A DNA stretch of 64,000 nt from Bdellovibrionales bacterium (GCA_045110695.1 JBGCGH010000002.1:9993-73992); one strand, 5' to 3'. Shown: positions 34,502 through 45,022, numbered from the stretch's first letter. Notes: a model not told the origin generated them from the letters alone. A program made the numbers and translations.

Positions 34502-35347
34502 TTATTTTTGTAAAACCTCAACGGCCTCTTTCCATTTACTCGGTATTGCATCAGCTGGAGTCATTAGACCCGTTTTCAAGCCTTGGTCACTACATCCCTC
34601 TTTTCCCAAATCAGGAAAGCTCTCAAGTGTTGCTTTGGCAATATCGAAAGCTTTTTGATTGTTCTTTCTCATCGTATCAATCACCTGCTCGAGAGTAACA
34701 TGAGGAATGCTGTCATCCCAGCAATCATAATCCGTTACAAAACTCATTGGCACATACCAAATACCCGCTTCTCTTGCTAGAGCATATTCAGGGAAATTAG
34801 TCATACCAATTATATTTGCCCCCCTTTGAACATAGCTTAGACTCTCCGCTTGTGTAGAAAAAGTAGGGCCTTCAATACATATATAAGTTCCGCCGAGATG
34901 GATATCAAAATTCATTTTGTCTCTTAGAGAATAGATTGCTTCTTGAACAGTTTTGTTAGTGGGTTTTGCTAAAGACACATGCCCCACCACACCTTCTCCA
35001 CAATAGCTATGAGCTCGTATAGATTTGGTTCGATCTATATACTGATCCACCAAAACCATATCACCGGGCTTAAATTCTTTTTTTAAACTACCCACGGCAC
35101 TTATACTCAATATCCTGCTAGCACCATAATTCTTTAGTGCCCAAATATTTGCGCGATAATTGACCTCGCTTGGTAGAAGCTCATGATGAGCACCATGCCT
35201 GGAAAGAAAAAGTAGTTCCTGACCACCTAGTTTCACTTTTTTAAAGCCGCTACTTGCCAAACCATAGGGAGTTTCCCGATTTAGCTCTTCGATGATTTCA
35301 AAATCACTAAAGTTCTCAAACCCAGATCCACCAATCATTGCCCACAT
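34502..35347 (-). CDS. mtnP: S-methyl-5-prime-thioadenosine phosphorylase
   Basis: The PNP/MTAP family pattern is IGGSGF...FLSRHG..H...PSEVNYRANIWALK..G...ILSISAVGSL. It is adjacent to mtnA. Confidence 0.85.
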   Translation of the reverse strand: MWAMIGGSGFENFSDFEIIEELNRETPYGLASSGFKKVKLGGQELLFLSRHGAHHELLPSEVNYRANIWALKNYGASRILSISAVGSLKKEFKPGDMVLVDQYIDRTKSIRAHSYCGEGVVGHVSLAKPTNKTVQEAIYSLRDKMNFDIHLGGTYICIEGPTFSTQAESLSYVQRGANIIGMTNFPEYALAREAGIWYVPMSFVTDYDCWDDSIPHVTLEQVIDTMRKNNQKAFDIAKATLESFPDLGKEGCSDQGLKTGLMTPADAIPSKWKEAVEVLQK

Positions 35348-35348
35348 A

Positions 35349-36380
35349 TTAAATCTCCTTAAGCTCGTTTAATTTCATATTTTTTAAATCTTTTTGACTG
35401 AAACAATAAGAGTCTATAACCATTGCGCTTATATTTTCAACTGGCGTAACATCAAAAGCAGGATTATAAACTGGGAAACTAGACTTAGCCCACTGAAGAC
35501 TTTTATCAATCAAACTTACCCCATGAATCTCGTCAGAGGATCTAAGCTCTATGGGTATCTCAGAACCAGTCTTACAATTAAAATCGATCGTACTCTTTGG
35601 AGCTGCCATGAAAAAACCCACATTGTGAGCCTTCGCCAAGACACTCAGACTATAGGTACCAATTTTATTAGCAAAATCACCGTTAAGGGCCACCCTATCA
35701 CTGCCTACCCATACTTGATCCACCAAGCCCTGATGCATGATCATCCCTGCCATGGAATCGGTGATAAGTTGGAAATCTACCCCTGCTTTTTCCAGTTCCC
35801 AAGCTGTCAATCTAGCACCTTGTAATAATGGACGTGTTTCACTGACGTAAACCTTTGAAACTAAGCCTCTACTGTGGGCCTCTAGTATTACTCCTAAAGC
35901 CGTTCCAATACCGGCCGTAGCAACACCGCCGGTATTACAGTGAGTTAATATCCGAGTCCCAGGGGGCACTAGCTCCGCACCTCTATTAGCTATTCTTTGA
36001 CAAAGCTCAACATCTTCCTCGGCTATACTTATAGCTTCAGCTTCAACTCCTAGAAAATTTTTATTTTTTACTACAAGGCTAGTAATTCTATCTACACAGT
36101 TCATTAGATTCACGGCTGTTGGTCTACTCGTTTTCAAGTACTCCGCTTTTTCTAAAAAGCCTTCTAATCCTATTTCTTTTTTAGACAATTGTGCCAGGGA
36201 AAGTACTGCTGCCACACCAATCATTGGAGCACCTCGAACCTTTAAAAAATAAATAGCATCAAACATATCTTCTATAGATTCAATTTCTAACCAGAGCTCC
36301 TCCATAGGGAGCCTTTGTTGATCTAACAACTGTATTTTACCTGAACTATATTGGATCCCCTTAGATTTGAATTCTCTCAT
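35349..36380 (-). CDS. mtnA: Methylthioribose-1-phosphate isomerase
   Basis: eIF-2B-related family: VRGAPMIGVAA, RPTAVNL, THCNTGGVATAGIGTALGVI, VYVSETRPLLQGARLTAWEL. Confidence 0.85.
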   Translation of the reverse strand: MREFKSKGIQYSSGKIQLLDQQRLPMEELWLEIESIEDMFDAIYFLKVRGAPMIGVAAVLSLAQLSKKEIGLEGFLEKAEYLKTSRPTAVNLMNCVDRITSLVVKNKNFLGVEAEAISIAEEDVELCQRIANRGAELVPPGTRILTHCNTGGVATAGIGTALGVILEAHSRGLVSKVYVSETRPLLQGARLTAWELEKAGVDFQLITDSMAGMIMHQGLVDQVWVGSDRVALNGDFANKIGTYSLSVLAKAHNVGFFMAAPKSTIDFNCKTGSEIPIELRSSDEIHGVSLIDKSLQWAKSSFPVYNPAFDVTPVENISAMVIDSYCFSQKDLKNMKLNELKEI

Positions 36381-37045
36381 AATGATCTGTCACCCATCTC
36401 ACTTCTTAGTTTTCTAAGTGCATCTATCTCATCCTCAGGAAGAGGACTTAATGATCCTAAACATTTTGCTCGGTATAATATATCAGCTGTATGTTCGATT
36501 CGCTCCATACCAAACCAAGCCTCCTCAAGAGTTTCGCCCCAAGACAAAGCACCGTGGTTTCTGAGTATCATGGCTCTAGAGTCTGTAATGTAAGTCTTCA
36601 ACACATTGCCCATGTCCTCGGTACCGGGTCTTGCGTAGGGAACAAATGGGATCTTGCCAACAGCAAGTATCAACTCAGAAATACAGTTATCCGGTAGGCA
36701 ATCCAGAGTAGGTTCGGCGATAGTCCAGGCTATCGCTGATGGAGGGTGGGCATGTATCACCGCATTTGCAATCTCAGTTTCTCTGTAAACACTGAGATGC
36801 ATTTTGCTTTCGCTACTAGCTTTCAGGCCTTCTATCAAAACTCCTGATAGATCCACAAGACTAATATCCTCAGGATTTAGAAAAGCTTTTGCCTTTCCTG
36901 AGGGGGTTATTAAGACTCGGTCTGGCCCCACTTTAAGACTAATGTTTCCATCCGCCGCGGCTAAAAGGTTTTTGTCGTACAAACGTTTGGCTATTTCACA
37001 AATAGACTTTTTTTCTTCAGAATAAAGCATATCTACTTCTAGCAT
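36377..37045 (-). CDS. mtnB: Class II aldolase/adducin-family protein, probably methylthioribulose-1-phosphate dehydratase
   Basis: AADGNISLKV..RVLITPSG, SSESKMHLSVY and AVIHAHPP are present. A 4-nt overlap with mtnA implies translational coupling. The function is assigned from context. Confidence 0.6.
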   Translation of the reverse strand: MLEVDMLYSEEKKSICEIAKRLYDKNLLAAADGNISLKVGPDRVLITPSGKAKAFLNPEDISLVDLSGVLIEGLKASSESKMHLSVYRETEIANAVIHAHPPSAIAWTIAEPTLDCLPDNCISELILAVGKIPFVPYARPGTEDMGNVLKTYITDSRAMILRNHGALSWGETLEEAWFGMERIEHTADILYRAKCLGSLSPLPEDEIDALRKLRSEMGDRSL

Positions 37046-37069
37046 TTTGAATGACAGAAGCCAACGAGA

Positions 37070-37756
37070 TTGCTAGTAGATGTAATGGATCAAAATCAAA
37101 ATATTCAAAGAACTGGCCAGAAATTCAAGCTGGAATCTTATCTAGAGGCACGTGAGGTTTGTAAGAAAATAGTGGCAAGAATTTCTAAAAATGTTGAATC
37201 TGGAATGACAGACAAGGATGCCCAGGTTTTAATTAAATCCGAGTTCAAAAAAGATGGGATTACTAGGTTTTGGCATCCCTCAAAATTTAGAATAGCTTCT
37301 GACACTATAAAAATATTTAAGGAAGCACCAGACCCTACAATTAAAATACAGCCTAACTCGATTTACTTTCTGGATGTGGGACCCATAATAAATGAGCATG
37401 AAGCAGATTTTGGCAGAACCTATGTTTTTGAGCCTGAAAAAAACACACAGCTAGGAAGCCTTGCAAGTGCATCGATGGAAATTTTTAACGAACTCCAAGA
37501 AATATGGCGTACCGAAAACTTTACGGGTGCTGAGCTTTACTCTAAGGCAGAAGAAATCAGTCAAGCCAGAGGCTATTTATTTAATCCACTAATGGCGGGG
37601 CATCGTTTAGGTGATTTTCCTCACGCTCTAATTTCGAGGTCGAGCTTATCTGATTTTGATGAAAAACCCGTCGACCTACTTTGGGTTTTAGAAGTTCTAA
37701 TTACTAACAAAGAAAAAAGCCTCGGTAGTTTCTACGAGGATATTTTAGAAGCCTAG
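37070..37756 (+). CDS. M24-family (pita-bread fold) metallopeptidase-like protein
   Basis: YFLDVGPIINEHEADFGRTYVF and a later AGHRLGDFPH resemble M24 metal-ligand segments. The start is ambiguous (TTG 37070 or ATG 37085). Confidence 0.5.
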   Translation: MLVDVMDQNQNIQRTGQKFKLESYLEAREVCKKIVARISKNVESGMTDKDAQVLIKSEFKKDGITRFWHPSKFRIASDTIKIFKEAPDPTIKIQPNSIYFLDVGPIINEHEADFGRTYVFEPEKNTQLGSLASASMEIFNELQEIWRTENFTGAELYSKAEEISQARGYLFNPLMAGHRLGDFPHALISRSSLSDFDEKPVDLLWVLEVLITNKEKSLGSFYEDILEA

Positions 37757-37930
37757 AAAAAAAAGAATCGAAGATGCTAATGTCGGCCTTAAAAAAAATT
37801 CTATTTAATCTGCGTAATTTATTGAAAAGGAATATATAATATTTTCTTCGATCTAAGCAAAGTTATTAATCATTTGAATGCTAATTTGTGGATATCAAAT
37901 TAAATAACTATTAACATATCAGTTTAAAAT

Positions 37931-39394
<1,464 letters not shown>

Positions 39395-39437
39395 TTATTC
39401 ATATTATACAAAAAAAGACCCAAATGGGCCTTATAAA

Positions 39438-39962
39438 TTACTCTTCAAGTATTTTCAGGTCCTCGTGCCAGCCCTTATAATGGAGGTAATAATCAGCCGT
39501 TTTATTGGCAGTTTCTATCTCTTCAGGCTTCAACTTCCTAACAAGCTTTGCAGGTCGACCTAGTATTAGAGAATTATCAGGAAACTCTTTGCCTTCCGTC
39601 ACCAGACTACCTGCACCAACGATACTGTTCTTACCAATCTTTACGTTATCCATAAGAATACAGCCCATACCAATCAAACTACCAGAACCAATAAAACACC
39701 CATGTAGTAAAGTCGCATGTCCTACACTTACTCTGTCTTCTAGAACGGTTACTGTTTTTTCATAAGTAGCATGCAGCATACAAAGATCTTGGATATTACA
39801 TTCTTTGCCAATAGTAATGGAATTAACATCACCCCTTAGAACACTTCCATATAAAACGGAAGAATCTTCACCAATACTAACATTTCCAATTACCGTAGCG
39901 GTGGGAGCAATAAAAACCCCTTTAGAAATTTGTGGTTGAAAACCCCTCAGCTCAATAACCAT
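39438..39962 (-). CDS. Gamma-carbonic-anhydrase-family hexapeptide-repeat protein
   Basis: Left-handed beta-helix repeats with the His triad context (LRGDVN.I.IG...NIQD..MLH...VGH...LHGC). Confidence 0.8.
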   Translation of the reverse strand: MVIELRGFQPQISKGVFIAPTATVIGNVSIGEDSSVLYGSVLRGDVNSITIGKECNIQDLCMLHATYEKTVTVLEDRVSVGHATLLHGCFIGSGSLIGMGCILMDNVKIGKNSIVGAGSLVTEGKEFPDNSLILGRPAKLVRKLKPEEIETANKTADYYLHYKGWHEDLKILEE

Positions 39963-40573
39963 TAGTTTAGTAAATCCTTGTTACCCTGCGTGTGAATGAT
40001 CTCATTGGCTAGATTGGCTTCATGAGAACCGGCGTCCAATTGAAGCTCTCTAACTTCGTAGTAGACCTTCTCGCTAACAAAAAACTCTGTCTTGGCTTCA
40101 AGAGCTAAAGGAAGAAGCTCTTCAATAGCTCCGTCTAAATAATAAAAATTATCGTTTCTAAGAAACTCTAATCTACCTTTTAATTTTCTATTAACCAGTT
40201 TAGTAAAAATTAGACTCTGAAGTTCAGCACCCATTTTATCCAAAAGCTCTATAACTATGTTGTACACCCCTGAGCCATTACTCCCTAAACCTAGGGATAC
40301 AATACTTGCGGAATGAGAATTTAACCTTACAGGAAAACTTCGGTTTCCACTATCATCTCTAAAGATAAATACGGGGCTGCCCACAACAGGTCCAGCCATC
40401 AAAGAATCAGGAAATAGTTCAACTAATTCCTTTAACTCCACTTTATCGTCACTGGTCTCAAGGCTCATGGAACCCGTCGTGCTAACTTGCTCTTCTATGC
40501 TTTTTACGATGTCTGAAAGGCTAAATTCTTTAAAAAGGTTTTCTAGACTGTCGTTTATATCTGATTTGCTCAA
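39962..40573 (-). CDS. Hypothetical protein, possibly bifunctional-nuclease (DUF151)-like
   Basis: There is only topological resemblance (PVFIFRDDSGNRSFPVRLNSHSASIV...). It is translationally coupled to miaB (4-nt overlap) and to the downstream gene (1-nt overlap). Confidence 0.35.
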   Translation of the reverse strand: MSKSDINDSLENLFKEFSLSDIVKSIEEQVSTTGSMSLETSDDKVELKELVELFPDSLMAGPVVGSPVFIFRDDSGNRSFPVRLNSHSASIVSLGLGSNGSGVYNIVIELLDKMGAELQSLIFTKLVNRKLKGRLEFLRNDNFYYLDGAIEELLPLALEAKTEFFVSEKVYYEVRELQLDAGSHEANLANEIIHTQGNKDLLN

Positions 40574-41901
40574 TTTACCATTACCCCACTAAAATTTATC
40601 GGTGCAACTTTATCAATTTTTATCGGAACAGTAGAACCAATCAACTCTTCAGAACCGGTAAAATGAACCAGCTTGTTTTGAGAACTTCTACCAAATACTC
40701 TTGTTGGGTCTTTCCTGTCCACCGCTTCTACTAACACATCTAGGGTCATTCCATTGTACTTTTTAACGAGTTCAAAAGCCAAGTCCCTGTGTTCGGCAAA
40801 AAGTCGTGTTAGCCTTTCTGATTTAATTTTTTCATCCACCTGATCCTCAAAGCGGGCAGCCTTGGTAAACGGCCTCGGAGAATATTTAAAAGCAAAAATA
40901 GTTTCATAAGCAACCTCATGAACTATGCTCATAGTGTCTTCAAAGTCTTGATCCGTTTCACCTGGGAAACCTACAATGATGTCCGTCGAAAGACTTACAT
41001 CTGGAATAGTTTCTTTTATCATTTGAATCTTCTCAAGATAATGCTCACGGGTATATCTTCGATTCATCCTATCTAAAACTAAACTACTACCAGATTGAAC
41101 AGGTAGGTGAATGTAATCGCAAAGCTTTTCTCTGTGGGCTTGCAGTACATCACAAAGCTCTTGATCAAAATCCTTTGGATGGCTCGTAGTAAAACGAATT
41201 CTTTCCACATCGGTGTCTTCAGCGACCGCTTTCATGAGTTGCGCAAAATTGGCTCCACACTCACTGGTATAGGAGTTTACGTTTTGCCCGAGCAATGTAA
41301 CTTCTTTTACACCACGTTTTACTAGGGTTTGTACATCGCCAATTAAATCCTTAAGCGCTCTAGATCTTTCACGTCCCCGAGTAAAGGGAACCACGCAAAA
41401 GGTACAAAAATTATCACAACCCTTGGTGATGTTAACAAATGTGGATACTCCAGGATTCCTTACCAAAGTCTCTACTTGATAGGGAGATTGATAGTCAAAT
41501 TTAGCTTTTGCAATACGATCGTCTTTCTGTCTAACTTCTGAAATTAGATTAGGAAGGTTATCGATATTGTCAGGTCCAAAAACAAAATCTAATAGAGGAA
41601 TGTCTGCCAATAACTTTTTCTTTTCCTGCTGACCTACGCAACCACCAACCCCAATAATCAAACTAGGGTTCTCTTTTTTTAATTCCCGATACCGGCCCAC
41701 TTCACTATGAACTTTATGAACTGGCTTTTCTCGAACACTACAGGAGTTGATAATGATTAGATCTGCTTGATCGGGCTTCTTAACCTCTTCATAGTTTTGC
41801 ATCTCCAAAAGACTAAACATTCTCTCAGAATCATTAACATTCATCTGACAACCATAAGTCGTTATAAAAACACCTTGCATAGCTTTACTAACATCCAACA
41901 T
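40570..41901 (-). CDS. miaB: tRNA-2-methylthio-N6-dimethylallyladenosine synthase
   Basis: The MTTase N-domain (FITTYGCQMNVNDSE), the radical-SAM CDNFCTFCVVP motif and a C-terminal TRAM domain are present. I prefer ATG 41901 (GAGGTG Shine-Dalgarno) over TTG 41904. Confidence 0.9.
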   Translation of the reverse strand: MLDVSKAMQGVFITTYGCQMNVNDSERMFSLLEMQNYEEVKKPDQADLIIINSCSVREKPVHKVHSEVGRYRELKKENPSLIIGVGGCVGQQEKKKLLADIPLLDFVFGPDNIDNLPNLISEVRQKDDRIAKAKFDYQSPYQVETLVRNPGVSTFVNITKGCDNFCTFCVVPFTRGRERSRALKDLIGDVQTLVKRGVKEVTLLGQNVNSYTSECGANFAQLMKAVAEDTDVERIRFTTSHPKDFDQELCDVLQAHREKLCDYIHLPVQSGSSLVLDRMNRRYTREHYLEKIQMIKETIPDVSLSTDIIVGFPGETDQDFEDTMSIVHEVAYETIFAFKYSPRPFTKAARFEDQVDEKIKSERLTRLFAEHRDLAFELVKKYNGMTLDVLVEAVDRKDPTRVFGRSSQNKLVHFTGSEELIGSTVPIKIDKVAPINFSGVMVN

Positions 41902-42037
41902 CAATCACCTCATCACCAAGCTCATACCAATAGATTATAAAAAAAAGCCCAGTAAACCCTAGTACTTAACAAAACTTCCCCCCATCTACAAGCCAAACCC
42001 CCCTCCCTTTTTTCAATACCCCCCAAACCCAAAAGAA

Positions 42038-42174
42038 GCTTTTTTGTTCTCTATTATGAGAGAATTCTTTAGACCAAAGCGAGCGCTCGACTAGAAGGAT
42101 ACTTTGCCGAGGCCCATGGATGTGCCGCCCCAACGTGATCTAAAGAATTCTCTCAGAATAGAAAACAAAAAAGC
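42038..42174. repeat. 137-bp element: 36-bp imperfect inverted repeat around a 65-nt GC-rich core
   Basis: Left arm gcttttttgttctctattatgagagaattctttaga (42038-42073). The reverse complement of the right arm (42139-42174) is gcttttttgttttctattctgagagaattctttaga, a 34/36 match. The core contains the palindrome CGAGCGCTCG (42080-42089). Confidence 0.85.
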
Positions 42175-42298
42175 ACAGTAAACCAAACCCCCTCCATTTC
42201 CCCCCCTCTTTCCCAACCAGCATTAAACTGCCAAAAAACCCTTGGATTTCCCCAAAAAAAATGTCACTTTGTGTCGAGTTTTCCCAAAGGAGCCCAAA

Positions 42299-42820
42299 AT
42301 GGAAGTGAGAAAAGAAGAATCAAAAGGTAAAAAATTCACGTTCACACCGGAAGATTTTAATACTCTTGTAAACTCCTCTTTGATGGAGGCCATAGGTACA
42401 AAGATAGAAACTCAAGGTTTTTCCGTGAAATATAAAGGAATGATTTACCCTTCCGAGGTTCTATTTAGAATTAGCCTTGTAAAAGAGGGTGATATCACAT
42501 GGCACAACTTCATTGGCTCCATTGATCACGATACTGAAGCCAAAGATTCTGTAGATCGCCTAAAGGATGTCATCGACGCCATTGCATCTATGATGGATGA
42601 GTATTTGAATGAAGGAGATGAGTTGGAAATGCCTTTGGATTTTCATGAATATGATTTCGAATCAAGAAAAGTATATCTAATGTATAATAAGGAAAACTAC
42701 GAACTTGTCGACCAAGCCAACGATCTCCTTGGAGAAGATTCTGCCGAACCCGCCGAGGAAGAAGTGGGTATGGATTTCTTTAAAGACGCAGAGGAAAGAT
42801 TTAAAAGCAACCTTCACTAA
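42299..42820 (+). CDS. Acidic hypothetical protein
   Basis: ORF with AAGGAG 7 nt upstream of ATG 42299. The track start at 42242 is a TTG with no Shine-Dalgarno. It has an acidic C-terminus and no recognised domain. Confidence 0.5.
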   Translation: MEVRKEESKGKKFTFTPEDFNTLVNSSLMEAIGTKIETQGFSVKYKGMIYPSEVLFRISLVKEGDITWHNFIGSIDHDTEAKDSVDRLKDVIDAIASMMDEYLNEGDELEMPLDFHEYDFESRKVYLMYNKENYELVDQANDLLGEDSAEPAEEEVGMDFFKDAEERFKSNLH

Positions 42821-42826
42821 AAAAAA

Positions 42827-42847
42827 GCGGACCATCTAATGGTCCGC
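42827..42847. terminator. Bidirectional intrinsic terminator between convergent genes
   Basis: GCGGACCAT-cta-ATGGTCCGC stem, preceded by A8 and followed by a T-rich run. It lies between the stops at 42820 (+) and 42874 (-). Confidence 0.65.
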
Positions 42848-42873
42848 TAGATCTTTTTAATTTGAATTCCTAA

Positions 42874-43941
42874 CTAGTAATCGTCAGAATCATTGGAGTT
42901 GTCATTGCCAGTGGCCGTTGAAACTCCTCTCATTTCTTCAATGTAGTCTTTTGAATCATCATCAAAATTATCGTCGAAGCTATTATCATCTTCTATTTCA
43001 AGATCATGAACCACAGTCATAAAATCTTTCTCGGAATTTAAATCTTTTCTTAGCATCTCTAGGTATTTATCAGGATATCTCGCAGTAAGCTCTTCTATGT
43101 AGCGGTCTAACTTTCCACCAGCTAGAATCTTATTTCTAACCTGGATCTTCTTCCAAAAGAAAATATAGTGATAACGACAGTATCCCTCCACTATAGATAA
43201 CTCATCACAATCTTTTACTTTACAGTAAGGTCTACCCTCGGCATCAGTTAAAACTACTTCGTCCTCATCGTCTAATTCCATTCCGGAGTCAGGATCCAAG
43301 GCGATAAGCTCATCAAAAGTCATGTCCTCAAGGCGTTCTTCCACGTTAGACTCACTAAGAACTGCTTTTCTTCGAGCTTTTGCGTCATCTAACTCTTCAT
43401 ATGCCTCATCAATAACTATTTTCTTCGGGCTAGTTTCTGCTTTTGCTTTTGAAAGTTTATCTGCAGATTTTGCACCAGCTTTACTAGTAGTCTTTTTAGC
43501 AGGCTTCTCTGTTTCTACTTTTTTAGTTACTTTTTTGGGCGTCGCTTTTTTAGAAGGGGCTGCTTTTTTTGTTGCGGCTTTTTTGGAAACTTTTTTAGCG
43601 ACTTTTTTTGTAGCCTTTTTAGCCACCTTTTTAGCGACTTTCTTTTTTGCCACTTTTTTTGTGGCTTTTTTAGCTACTTTCTTAGCTACTTTCTTAGCTA
43701 CCTTCTTTTTGGTACTTGCCTTTTTGGCTGCAGCTTTTTTCTTAGGTGCTGCTTTTTTCTTAGCTACAACTTTTTTAGCTGCTTTTTTTGCTACTTTTTT
43801 CTTAGCAGGCGCTTTCTTAGTCGTCTTCTTTTTAGCCGTTACTTTTTTTGCTGCCTTTTTTTTAGGAGCAGCCTTAGAAGCAGCCTTAGAAGCAGCCTTT
43901 TTCTTTGCGGTTTTTTTCTTAGTCACTTTTTTCTTAGCCAT
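42874..43941 (-). CDS. Histone-H1-like Lys/Ala-repeat protein with Cys/His knuckle and acidic tail
   Basis: The N-terminal ~175 aa are almost entirely K/A/V/T repeats (KKVAKKVAKKATKKVAKK...). Then comes CKVKDC-x10-CRYH and a conserved-looking helical segment. The C-terminus is rich in D/E/N/S. Confidence 0.7.
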   Translation of the reverse strand: MAKKKVTKKKTAKKKAASKAASKAAPKKKAAKKVTAKKKTTKKAPAKKKVAKKAAKKVVAKKKAAPKKKAAAKKASTKKKVAKKVAKKVAKKATKKVAKKKVAKKVAKKATKKVAKKVSKKAATKKAAPSKKATPKKVTKKVETEKPAKKTTSKAGAKSADKLSKAKAETSPKKIVIDEAYEELDDAKARRKAVLSESNVEERLEDMTFDELIALDPDSGMELDDEDEVVLTDAEGRPYCKVKDCDELSIVEGYCRYHYIFFWKKIQVRNKILAGGKLDRYIEELTARYPDKYLEMLRKDLNSEKDFMTVVHDLEIEDDNSFDDNFDDDSKDYIEEMRGVSTATGNDNSNDSDDY

Positions 43942-44062
43942 AGTATGGGACTATGTGCCAATGGAGGCTTTTGGTCAAGAGAGATTCTCCAGATTGACTC
44001 GGCACAATCACAATTGAGAACTAATTACTGCGAAGAAAGTCCTACCTTTTGATAAATATGAT

Positions 44063-45022
44063 TTATTTTAAAACTAATCGTACTTTAGCCTTTTCTGTCC
44101 GTACGTAAACGGAGCCATTCTTACTACCTCTGAGTCGACCAGAGGCTACTTTCCATTGTGGATAACGTTTCATCTCCAAATATCTAGGATAAAAAAGCTC
44201 ACCATCTTTGGTTCCCACATTTACATGAGCGCCACTGGTTTTTGGTAGGCTCACCGTCACAGGTGCTTCCTCACTATTAACTCTTAATCGTTTTCCATCA
44301 GCCAAAGATATAAGTGCCTTTCCAAGCTTTAACTTAGCTTTTATATTACCGTTTTGCCCAAGCAGTTGAAGACTTGCTCTGTTGGAAGTTAAATTTAGAT
44401 CCCCTTCGCTCTCGGTTACTTTTAAGCTTCCTTGATTTACAGATAGATCTAGATCGCCTTTGACATTGTTGAGAACCTGATTACCTTGAAAACCTGTGAA
44501 ATTCAGTTTTCCCTCTAGGGACTTGATGGTGAAAGCTGTGGAGAAGCTGTCCACTCTAACATTGCCCTTGTGGGAAAGAATTTGCGCATTTCCATTTAGA
44601 CTATTGATATTCAGTCTACCCTGACTCTCTTCAAGCTTTAGCCCCAGAGACTTTCCTTTGAGATCAATATTGCCCGACCAGTTGTTTCCAATTAATTTCA
44701 GTTTTTCAAAACTTATATCTAAATCAACTGCTGCACTCTGAATATCGAGTCTAGTGGAACTGGAGCCATTTACTTGAATCAAAAGAACTCCTGCGTCTAC
44801 CTCAGCACTTATATCTGTGTTTCCAGAGGAATTTAATTTCAAATTGGAAGACTCTGAACTTTTTAAGTTTAGCTCTAAATTAGAACCTACAACTTTAACT
44901 GTTTGAAATTGTTTTAAATTGAAACTCTGTTTCGCAATCACCGTAGCAACTTGATTACTATTTTGGGCAAACAAATTAGTACCTACAAAAAGAATGATAG
45001 TTGGAATAATAGAAAAACGCAT
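44063..45022 (-). CDS. Secreted beta-helix repeat protein (DUF4097/putative-adhesin-like)
   Basis: Signal peptide followed by many ~20-aa repeats of the form G.L.L....G.I.V. Confidence 0.5.
   Translation of the reverse strand: MRFSIIPTIILFVGTNLFAQNSNQVATVIAKQSFNLKQFQTVKVVGSNLELNLKSSESSNLKLNSSGNTDISAEVDAGVLLIQVNGSSSTRLDIQSAAVDLDISFEKLKLIGNNWSGNIDLKGKSLGLKLEESQGRLNINSLNGNAQILSHKGNVRVDSFSTAFTIKSLEGKLNFTGFQGNQVLNNVKGDLDLSVNQGSLKVTESEGDLNLTSNRASLQLLGQNGNIKAKLKLGKALISLADGKRLRVNSEEAPVTVSLPKTSGAHVNVGTKDGELFYPRYLEMKRYPQWKVASGRLRGSKNGSVYVRTEKAKVRLVLK

Noticed and set aside
36377-37045. The class II aldolase ORF as L-fuculose-phosphate aldolase.
   Set aside because: Its 4-nt overlap with mtnA and its co-location with mtnP favour the methylthioribulose-1-phosphate dehydratase role. 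Sequence alone cannot separate the two, so confidence is kept moderate.
43417-43941. Short tandem DNA repeats considered as a CRISPR-like or satellite array.
   Set aside because: The repeats are in-frame coding repeats of the Lys/Ala tail (units of 9-30 nt, with no unique spacers). They are not a CRISPR array.
43322-44017. 231-aa plus-strand ORF rich in F/A/L.
   Set aside because: It is the antisense reading of the Lys/Ala repeat gene, since AAG/GCT codons read backwards give CTT/AGC-type codons. It is low-complexity, has no Shine-Dalgarno, and is fully contained in a better-supported gene.
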